A DNA stretch of 55,965 nt, filler included, from Asterionella formosa (Eukaryota): NCBI GenBank assembly GCA_002256025.1. It is 4 parts of 4 records of this genome, joined end to end, with 100 filler letters (N's around TTAATTAATTAA, not from the genome) between each part and the next. Parts side by side here need not be neighbours in the genome. Positions count along the whole stretch, not along the records: positions 42,058 to 55,965 come from NKIB01006317.1; 3 more parts are not named here. One strand, written 5' to 3'. The notes under the pieces are model-generated. The model ran no database searches, had not been told where the DNA came from, and worked only from the letters and a program-made list of their open reading frames with translations. Shown here one piece after another: positions 47,779 to 55,965 of the stretch (position 1 is its first letter; every line of letters starts with the position of its first letter). Made by a program: the position numbers and the translations under genes.

Positions 47779-48314
47779 NNNNNNNNNNNNNNNNNNNNNN
47801 NNNNNNNNNNNNNNNNNNNNNNNNNNNNNNNNNNNNNNNNNNNNNNNNNNNNNNNNNNNNNNNNNNNNNNNNNNNNNNNNNNNNNNNNNNNNNNNNNNNN
47901 NNNNNNNNNNNNNNNNNNNNNNNNNNNNNNNNNNNNNNNNNNNNNNNNNNNNNNNNNNNNNNNNNNNNNNNNNNNNNNNNNNNNNNNNNNNNNNNNNNNN
48001 NNNNNNNNNNNNNNNNNNNNNNNNNNNNNNNNNNNNNNNNNNNNNNNNNNNNNNNNNNNNNNNNNNNNNNNNNNNNNNNNNNNNNNNNNNNNNNNNNNNN
48101 NNNNNNNNNNNNNNNNNNNNNNNNNNNNNNNNNNNNNNNNNNNNNNNNNNNNNNNNNNNNNNNNNNNNNNNNNNNNNNNNNNNNNNNNNNNNNNNNNNNN
48201 NNNNNNNNNNNNNNNNNNNNNNNNNNNNNNNNNNNNNNNNNNNNNNNNNNNNNNNNNNNNNNNNNNNNNNNNNNNNNNNNNNNNNNNNNNNNNNNNNNNN
48301 NNNNNNNNNNNNNN
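47779..48314. other. Assembly gap (536 N)
   Basis: Run of N. Confidence 0.99.
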
Positions 48315-48652
48315 TATTTGAAACAGTATCGCCCCCAAAAAATCGTATATTTACCCAAATAAGGTTGAATCCATTATCGACCTTATCCATTACAATTATT
48401 AGTACAATAATATAAGCTGGTACCAGGTACTACCGGTACCTATAAGAATAGACTACTACCTTTACCGGTATGTAGTACGGTAGTATTTTATCTTTTGCTT
48501 CATTAAATAAGATCAAACACTCAAGAACAGTTCCAACAGCATCGTCATCAGGCATCATTGTTGCCCATTACCGGTACACCGGTAATCTCTTCCATCACTC
48601 GATCTGGTTGTCAAGTTTCTATATCCATGATACATGATATCTATGTATCATC

Positions 48653-51600
48653 ATGGAAAGTAGCACCATCAACATGGAGGAAGAATCAGCACTTCCTTTA
48701 TCATCATCAGATTATCATTATGAGAAGAGCGCGAAGCAGAAAATATTTCAAGACTTACAAGAACTAGCTCGAGATGTGAAGGACCTTGCTGTCGAATCTG
48801 TCTTGAAAGTCAAAGAAGCTGCCGTTGACAACGTCGACTATGTAGGCCATCAAACCTCCAAGTTACGGATACATGCAGTCGATCAATTCAAGGAGATACT
48901 ACACAACAATTTCCTGAGAAAGGTCGTTACATCGTCGTCGTGGTCCTGGCACATTTTGACACAAGATGATCGACTATGGATTGGAGGAGCTTTCGGCGTC
49001 ACGGTCATCTCGCTCCTTGTGTGGTTTTCTAGGAGAAAAATGACAACAAAACCAAGGTCCAGGAGCACCTTTGGTTCCATCACTATGGAGGAACCATCAA
49101 ACCGGGAAATATCAGGACGAGATCGGAAGGCATCCACAGATGAATCATTTCAGTCAAAACGAAATAATGCCATCAATATGTTGGCTCTTGGTCCCAACGT
49201 TGCATCCATCACGTATGAGACATGGGCACCTCCCACGCCATGGAGGGAGGCCGCAAAACATTTGCTACCTGCCAATATTAAAACCAAGCCACAATCGAAG
49301 ATCACTCTTGATATTCGAAAGGGCACATTACTCGTAAATCATATCAATGCCATCACCTATGATATTTCGAAAATAACTCTTGATATACAACGTCCCATCG
49401 AATCTGGGGTTGTGGAGCTTTTAGTGGCTGATCATGATCAGAAACTTGAACACACCTTTCAATCTGCATATGAAGCCGCTCAGTTTCAACACGACATAAT
49501 TGGCTACCAAGTGGTTGGAACACAATTAATACATATCTATCATGCCCTTGAACTTGCACATAAGGGAAGCATGGCGCATGTTGGGATGGAACCGGTATTG
49601 CATGACACAGCAGGCGATGCTGAATTCCAAGTAGGTGCTGTAGCATGGGATGATGTTATGAGGTGCTTGGGGGGTACAGCCGTCCGGTCAACATTGGAGC
49701 AAATCCGTATGCTGCAAGACGTTAAGGGTAACTACACCATTTTACCGACATTGCACCCAGATTATCGGAAAACACGGGCGTTTATTGGTCACGTCGATTT
49801 CTTTCGCTTGTTTGTGTCGGTCCTGCCAGAGACGGCCCTGCCTCATGTGGATTCGCATCCAACGAGATTGGAATATTGGTTACGACTTCGAAAGCAAGTG
49901 GCGGAAGCGGCTGTGTTGGTACGATCATATGTCGTGGCCATGCAAGTGGTGAATCAAGGGTGGAATCCATGGCCAGATCAAACAATGCTTCGACGTAGAA
50001 TGGCATTTGACAAGAATGTGGACAATTTGAATCGAGACCGGTCGTCACAAAGTGAATATTATGAAGCCACGGTGTCGCGAGATGTTCGCTGTGACATACA
50101 CACTCCACAACATCTCATCACAACGGGAGCATCTCAACAGTCGGCCTATCAAGCCTTTTCCCTAGTTTCTTGTCAAGCATTTCAACTCCCAAAAGATGGT
50201 AGGCCACATCACTTTTCGCATGCAGTCGATCCGGTAGAGGCACTACCAAGTCTGAAACAACTGATTTCCCATCATCTGGGACTGGACTTTTTCGTGAGCG
50301 TTTTCTTTCCAGAAGGCCCTCGCGTAGCCATTGTAAAGTTATTTGTCCGGTCTCTTCCCAAGGGGGTAGACCCAGGATTTGATGCAAACTGGCAACGATT
50401 CAAGACGAGTGACAAGGTGGTGCGCGACCGAAAATTGGCCTTGTTTGTTCAGCTTGGGCCTGGTTCTCTGTCACCGGTTGCTTGGGCCGCACTGAAGGTG
50501 GCATCCTTGTTCTTGAGATGGACAAGACGAGATGAACCCGCTGTCCCATCCGAGTCGGGAAATGAACGAACCCCCTTTCCAGGAATGATAATGCGCAACT
50601 ATATGAAGACAGCTCATTTTGGAGGGGCCCTCCAGACAAATCCGGCTTTGCCTGGAAACTATGTGGCTGTCACATCTCGTGTCGATTCTAGTACAATGAA
50701 CATGGTATTTCGTGCCCTTTATCAGAAATTAGAAGCTGGAGCCTTGCCAAGTTCCACGATAGATTTTACGTATGTCTTGGAAGGGGAGCAAAAAGATCAA
50801 TTGCCAGAACGAGCCTTGGGGACCATTCGAATTGTCCGCATGAGCCCAGTCTCTTGTGCCCTACCGATCGAATGTAGTGCAAAGCAAGCCGAGCCGACTG
50901 CGCGCGAGGCTCGGATTATGCGGAGTATTACGCCATTGCGCAAGTCTGAAACATCAACCTCACAAGCTGTCGACTTCTCCCTGGATGTTCAAGCACGAAA
51001 CAATACAGTTGTTTCCCCTGTGAATAGGGCTATCAATATGACATACAATTCACTCAGGAGCATCTTTTCATTTGAAGATGTTAGTAACGAAGAAGCGAAG
51101 GATGAGGTAGAAGAACTTTCAGTGGGTGAGCATTTTCAGAACAACCTGGACAAGGACGATCCATTCAAAGATGGGGTTGATGCACTAGCAGATATTTTAG
51201 TGGACATTCAAGTGCCTGTCCGACGTGCAAGTCTAACGCTGGAAGAGATTGCTTTGGTGACCCCAATTCCGGTTGATGGTCGCCCCGAACTTGCTTTATT
51301 AACAAAACAGGACAATTGGTGCAACATTGCTATCAACAAGAGAATGACAAAATCGGATTTGAAGCGATTTTATCTTGCTGCTGAATGCGATATAAAAATT
51401 GCAGCGGTGCGAGTTGTTGAGAGTATAGCATGGCGGGGCAAGATGTTTCCTATTGATACACGAGAGTGTAGGATTGAGTTGCAAATTGGACAGTTCTTCC
51501 AACAAGGCAAAGATTATTTTGGCAACCCTGTTTTCTACTTTCAGACCATGTGCCTTGGACCTTGGAGAAAAAACGAGGAGGCTGTAATTCGGGCAGTCCT

Positions 51601-52213
51601 GCATCGCCTGGAAACTTCCATTCAACACTATTCTACGAAAAAACCTGACGTGCAATGTACAGTTGTGATTGTTTTGGGCAAACCCATATTTCGAACTCAA
51701 ACAACGAAGAATACTGCAAAGAGTAAAAAAGGTGTTGGTGATGATGTTAGTACCAAACGAACCGATGTGGCAAGTTTGGACCCACTTGACGGAAATGGCG
51801 AAGATGATGAGACTAATCAAACAGTAGCTACTGAAAGAGAGTTTGATCCTTCAGCGTGGGATCCCTACAGACTGGGAGTGAATCCTCGCCTTTGTTCTGG
51901 CGAAGACTATTATGCGCATGCGACTACCAAAATGATTGCACGACTTATTGACACGTTATCAAAACACTACCCTGAACGCCTTCACAAAGCCCTATGTGTT
52001 CCCGGAAAGGGCGGTTATGCATACCATCCAAATATACCAAATGCATTTGCACTTATGATGCAATTGTCCAAATACATTCCTTCTGCTCGAACCAGAGCAA
52101 AGGTGATTTTTTTACGTCGAGTTGGTGAGCTGAAGGAGTATATTAGCCCAGAGGAGATGGTCACATTAGTCGGCGGCAGGTCTCTAGTCCATCCCAATGC
52201 CTTTGAGTGCTAG
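48653..52213 (+). CDS. 1186-aa membrane-anchored protein with EDR2_C (DUF1336)-like and C-terminal CRAL-TRIO (Sec14-like) domains
   Basis: TM segment LWIGGAFGVTVISLLVWFS; IDFTYVLEGEQKDQLPERALGTIRI resembles the EDR2_C C-terminal motif; DLKRFYLAAECDIKIA..SIAWR, GKDYFGNPVFY, KHYPERLHKA, TRAKVIFL and LKEYISPEEMVTLVGG are CRAL-TRIO motifs. Confidence 0.8.
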   Translation: MESSTINMEEESALPLSSSDYHYEKSAKQKIFQDLQELARDVKDLAVESVLKVKEAAVDNVDYVGHQTSKLRIHAVDQFKEILHNNFLRKVVTSSSWSWHILTQDDRLWIGGAFGVTVISLLVWFSRRKMTTKPRSRSTFGSITMEEPSNREISGRDRKASTDESFQSKRNNAINMLALGPNVASITYETWAPPTPWREAAKHLLPANIKTKPQSKITLDIRKGTLLVNHINAITYDISKITLDIQRPIESGVVELLVADHDQKLEHTFQSAYEAAQFQHDIIGYQVVGTQLIHIYHALELAHKGSMAHVGMEPVLHDTAGDAEFQVGAVAWDDVMRCLGGTAVRSTLEQIRMLQDVKGNYTILPTLHPDYRKTRAFIGHVDFFRLFVSVLPETALPHVDSHPTRLEYWLRLRKQVAEAAVLVRSYVVAMQVVNQGWNPWPDQTMLRRRMAFDKNVDNLNRDRSSQSEYYEATVSRDVRCDIHTPQHLITTGASQQSAYQAFSLVSCQAFQLPKDGRPHHFSHAVDPVEALPSLKQLISHHLGLDFFVSVFFPEGPRVAIVKLFVRSLPKGVDPGFDANWQRFKTSDKVVRDRKLALFVQLGPGSLSPVAWAALKVASLFLRWTRRDEPAVPSESGNERTPFPGMIMRNYMKTAHFGGALQTNPALPGNYVAVTSRVDSSTMNMVFRALYQKLEAGALPSSTIDFTYVLEGEQKDQLPERALGTIRIVRMSPVSCALPIECSAKQAEPTAREARIMRSITPLRKSETSTSQAVDFSLDVQARNNTVVSPVNRAINMTYNSLRSIFSFEDVSNEEAKDEVEELSVGEHFQNNLDKDDPFKDGVDALADILVDIQVPVRRASLTLEEIALVTPIPVDGRPELALLTKQDNWCNIAINKRMTKSDLKRFYLAAECDIKIAAVRVVESIAWRGKMFPIDTRECRIELQIGQFFQQGKDYFGNPVFYFQTMCLGPWRKNEEAVIRAVLHRLETSIQHYSTKKPDVQCTVVIVLGKPIFRTQTTKNTAKSKKGVGDDVSTKRTDVASLDPLDGNGEDDETNQTVATEREFDPSAWDPYRLGVNPRLCSGEDYYAHATTKMIARLIDTLSKHYPERLHKALCVPGKGGYAYHPNIPNAFALMMQLSKYIPSARTRAKVIFLRRVGELKEYISPEEMVTLVGGRSLVHPNAFEC

Positions 52214-52439
52214 CTCATAGTCAAGTCATGATGAGGCATCTGCCCTTTGGAATCGCTTTTAGTCACCAGCAGTGACTTCACTTTTGGTGGCAGTACCAGG
52301 TACAGATCAGTTCTAGATAAATTGTAGTTTTACGATTATTGCATGTAAAACTTCTTTTTTTCTGTTGTCCCTTCCTCTGGACGTCTTCAGGAGGTTTGAC
52401 ACGAATCAGGAGAATTTGATCTTTATTGTTAATTCAGTC

Positions 52440-52980
52440 GGATTGAGGACAAGAAACTCCATGTCAACTTGCTTCACTTGTGAAATTGAGGATCATGCCG
52501 ATTCTAGTTACTGGGACAGGAGAATTTCCTCGTTCGGCAGTTCAAAGCCTACAATTTTTTTTGGGCACAAACTGATTCACTGGTGCAATCCCCTCAGCTA
52601 TTCGAAACTGAACAAGTCTTGGTGAAGCTGTTGTGGATTTCAATGATATCCGTCAACCATACAATCTCCACATTGATTGGAATGTTAACACTTCTCAATG
52701 GACTTTCTATGGATACCAATGAAAACACTGGTAAAATCCCCATGGATATTGGAAAATTAACAACCCTCCTTTCCCTGTCACAGACTACCAACAGATGCAA
52801 AGGTACACTTCCAACAGAGAGTGGACACTTAACAAGCCTCATTAATCTGATTCTGGATGCAAACATGTTCACTGGTACTTACTACAATCTCCTCAGAGCA
52901 TGGACTCATGAATAGTCTTGAATTACATTCAAGGGTACGCTTCCCACACAGAGATTAGACTCATCTCAAGCCTTCTCCAG
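52440..52980 (+). pseudogene. Decayed plant-type leucine-rich-repeat gene fragment
   Basis: 24-aa LRR pattern NENTGKIPMDIGKLTTLLSL, NRCKGTLPTESGHLTSLINLILDANMFTGT, flanked by stops and frameshifts. Confidence 0.7.
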
Positions 52981-53039
52981 GATGATATTCCCTGAATGGT
53001 GGCACAAATAGTCAAGACAAGTGTACCTAAACTTTTTTT

Positions 53040-53520
53040 GCTTCCAGTGCAACATATGCTGACAACAACCCAAAATGGAGAATAGGCATCATTATTGGCT
53101 CCTATATAAAAAAATCAGCCAGGCCATCTAAACATGGAAATGTATCAAGTTTCACAAACTGAACACCACAAGTGGCCTCTACATCTGGAGTAATAGTGTG
53201 GTGGCAATTCAACGAGTTCAGGCAATTACAGATGATCTTTCAAAGGGAAGACCATCATCCCATAATGCAGATATCATTTCTCTTTCATATGAGCTTGTCG
53301 CCAACTACTTCCTGCTCAAGCTAATACATGGATGAAGACAGCCATTAAGCAGATATGGAACCCAGAAGCTTTGGTAGCATGGGAAGAAAGAAATATGGTC
53401 GTTCACAAAGGACCAAACGCGAGCATCACCCAGTCAGCCAATGATTAAATAGTTAAGATGTTATTGTTTCAGCAACATACAATCAACAAAAGATATTTAC
53501 GTCTTTTCTCTAAGCCCCTC
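53040..53520 (+). pseudogene. Possible non-LTR retrotransposon remnant (RNase H-like and C-terminal fragments)
   Basis: Fragments GLYIWSNSVVAIQRVQ..HNADIISL and NTWMKTAIKQIW..AWEERNMVVH resemble LINE RNase H and WxxRN C-terminal motifs; heavily decayed. Confidence 0.3.
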
Positions 53521-54354
53521 CAGGTGTTGCTGACTGCTCAGCTAGGAACAAAACATAGCTAGGTTGATAGAAAAAGCAGCATTTCTTTTTGTAGTATCAG
53601 CATGTCTGGCCAAATTAGGCCAGCAGCATCTCCACCAATTTTACAGCGCAATTCCAAGGCGATTGGGAGAGAAACAGCCAAGACCCACAGTGAGGCTGTA
53701 AACTCTTTTGTGCTCACAAACCAAGTTCACAACTTTCTTCACCTCTTGAAAAATGAAGCAGGAGACTGATAAATACAGCATAACAGCACAAGTATTTCCC
53801 TGACTCTTTCACAAGAGAGTGTATCCACTACCACCTCCCTGCATACAAGCACCTAGAGTTACCACATTATTGTGGTTGATACCAGGTGGGTTAAGATCAG
53901 TTTTTACTTTCAACAAAACCCAGGCTTGGTATGCTAGGAAGCGCCATGCTGGCCCCCTACTGATAATGGAGTAGCAATAAGGTACTTAAGAAATGACATA
54001 TAAAAACATGGAAATGCCTAATATACACCATGTATGGAATGTCATTTGCAAACAAATTGACAGTGCTGGTTCCAATCAGTCAAATGGATGAATGATCTGC
54101 CTCCAAATTGGGTTTTGATTTTAATGAACCACTAATGCTGCATTCCTCCTCACGGCCAATATGAGCTGTTATCTAGAAAATGCCTCAAGAAAAAGCTCAA
54201 AGAAACAGCAATGCCATCATTCATTTAGTTAGATTCTTCTTATCCTTCTCCTAGCACAACAATCGCAATCGTACACATCCTTTTTGCATATATTTTATCA
54301 GACCTCCATTCACGTTCCTTTTTCGTTCAATGTATTGTGGCCCCGGTTTTTCGC

Positions 54355-55749
54355 TTAAAATCCAAAATCACCATCATCAAATCCATATTCACTCTTGTCA
54401 TCATCGCTCCCATCTGCATCACTATCATTTCCCTTGGCAGCAGCTGCTGCTGCCTCTTCAAATCCAGCCAATTCAGTAAAGTCCACCTTCCATCGTAAGA
54501 TTCCTCCAACACCCCCAAAGCCTTTGACAAATTGCGTACCTTCGCCACTACGGTCCGTGACAAACTCCAAATTGCAGCCATAGTTCTTGTAGTTGTTGGC
54601 CATCCACTCCACAAAAGGTTCTTGTTCTTGCACTTCTAACTCCGCTCCAGTTTCTGGATCGCGAAAAACGTTTTCGTTTTGTTCTTGCACTTTGGTGAGG
54701 TGAACCACTTGCTCAAGTCCTGTGGAACTATTCTTGAGGACGTATCGAATGATCTCAAGGTTATCCCAAATGATCAAGTCTTCCACAGCTCCTAGTTCAA
54801 GTGCCTTGAGCGTGTCCTCCACCATGAAGCAATACTTTCCAGTATCAAGTGAAATCTCGTCCATGTATTTCTGCAAGAGTTTTTTCTCCTTTAGCAGTTT
54901 TACGTTTGTCAAGGTATCCGCACTCATTTCAATTGCTTGATTGAATCCCTGTTCGCCTCCATAGCTCACATCCACCATCTTGACAACAATCTTGCTCAAT
55001 CTAGCATCAAACAGGTCTGAGCGCATGAGTTCCGCCTTGAAGTCCGCACTCCCCGCCAAGACAATGCCCTGCACGTTGGGCCGTTGTCCATCCGTGATGA
55101 AAAGTTGCGTGGCCATTTCCGCCACCTTGCGCACATAGTTGTGTCGCTTCTCTAAGCGCAGTCTCGCAAATCGCAGCGCGGACTGTCCTCCGCGTCCATG
55201 CTTCTTGGGCAGGTCCACCGAGAACTTGTGCAGAATTTCCTTGTTGCTGCCCTGCACCGTCCCGTAGAGGGATCCGTTTCCGTCCATGATGATAAACCCG
55301 AATGCCTCGTCGTCAATGAGCAACTCCATGAGATCCTCTGTGTGGAACTTGTTGTCGCATAGGTACAAGGAAGTGTTGATGGGCTTGAATGGCTCAAAGT
55401 CAATGTTCACCTTGCGCTCCTTGCCGTCGTCTGAGATGACAGTTCCGCAGTAGAGGACCAGCCCGTTCTTGGGGCACTTGTTGTACAGCTTGAGCCGCTG
55501 CTGCGTGGAGGTGATGGCCCCCAGCACGGAGAGGCGGTTGACTCTGGACTTGATGTTGGATGCTGTGCCGTACTCGTCGCTGAGCATCTTGTTGACTCGA
55601 CTCAACTGATCTCCGGGCGGAATGATGAGCGAGATCATGGAGGTTCCGTTTCCGCGCGCTGCTTGAAGATTTTTGATCAGTTTCTTCACTTTGAACATTT
55701 CAATTTGTTTGTCGAGTTCATCTTGAGGGGTATTGTCGTTTTGTCCCAT
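54355..55749 (-). CDS. ETF1: Eukaryotic peptide chain release factor subunit 1, 464 aa
   Basis: GTS, TASNIKS, YLCDNKF and HGRGGQS motifs; [10 protein letters not shown]; acidic tail; intronless. Confidence 0.98.
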   Translation of the reverse strand: MGQNDNTPQDELDKQIEMFKVKKLIKNLQAARGNGTSMISLIIPPGDQLSRVNKMLSDEYGTASNIKSRVNRLSVLGAITSTQQRLKLYNKCPKNGLVLYCGTVISDDGKERKVNIDFEPFKPINTSLYLCDNKFHTEDLMELLIDDEAFGFIIMDGNGSLYGTVQGSNKEILHKFSVDLPKKHGRGGQSALRFARLRLEKRHNYVRKVAEMATQLFITDGQRPNVQGIVLAGSADFKAELMRSDLFDARLSKIVVKMVDVSYGGEQGFNQAIEMSADTLTNVKLLKEKKLLQKYMDEISLDTGKYCFMVEDTLKALELGAVEDLIIWDNLEIIRYVLKNSSTGLEQVVHLTKVQEQNENVFRDPETGAELEVQEQEPFVEWMANNYKNYGCNLEFVTDRSGEGTQFVKGFGGVGGILRWKVDFTELAGFEEAAAAAAKGNDSDADGSDDDKSEYGFDDGDFGF

Positions 55750-55965
55750 TGTTTTGTAGGTTGTTTGTTAGTTAGTTTGTTGTTGTTGTTGTGGTGGTGG
55801 TGGTGGTCTTGTTCTCTTGAATGGGTTGAATTAGTATTGTCCTGTTTTGTGGTTTGTTGGCACGTCGTATGAATTTTTCTTCAGTCGTTGCGTCTTGGCA
55901 GCAAATACAATTACTGTACTACATACCGGTATGTACATCCAAACATTTGTACAACAACAATGGTC

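Noticed and set aside
47574..48415. Long ORFs spanning the N gap, including the MGAILFQI start assigned to the prolidase
   Set aside because: They are open only because N codons are not stops; the real PEPD start lies in or beyond the gap.
1..55965. tRNA, rRNA or other structured RNA genes
   Set aside because: I recognised no cloverleaf or rRNA signature by eye; tRNAscan-SE or Infernal would be needed to exclude them.

Overview
Eukaryotic nuclear DNA, most likely a diatom or other photosynthetic stramenopile: short GT-AG introns, bipartite plastid-targeting leaders, and diatom-type Copia and Gypsy elements. It is scaffolded, with three 100-bp N-linkers containing TTAATTAATTAA and one 536-bp gap. 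The first 42 kb is transposon-rich. It holds a decayed pogo-like transposase split by a solo LTR, a decayed Gypsy element plus a further LTR copy, two copies of a TTAA-flanked non-autonomous DNA transposon, a full-length Copia element whose single ORF is broken only by in-frame stops, and Harbinger and Ulp1-like remnants. Host genes: a plastid-targeted ClpC/ClpA-type Hsp100, a 15-repeat armadillo protein, a small plastid-targeted protein, a bZIP factor, a 4x6TM ion channel, Xaa-Pro dipeptidase (5' end in the gap), a TM-EDR2_C-CRAL/TRIO protein and eRF1. Four observations stand out. (1) A four-domain channel is built from Kv-like repeats whose TVGYG filter is replaced by LxG[E/D], giving an E-E-D-E ring. 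(2) The Copia element has no tRNA PBS but a perfect 15-16-nt LTR-complementary site, suggesting Tf1-style self-priming. (3) The Clp ATPase carries an embedded STI1/Tic40-like helical insert. (4) An intergenic TACC(W)GGTA palindrome is strongly over-represented, and both Gypsy LTR left junctions lie in it. All family assignments come from motif recognition by eye; no database search was run.
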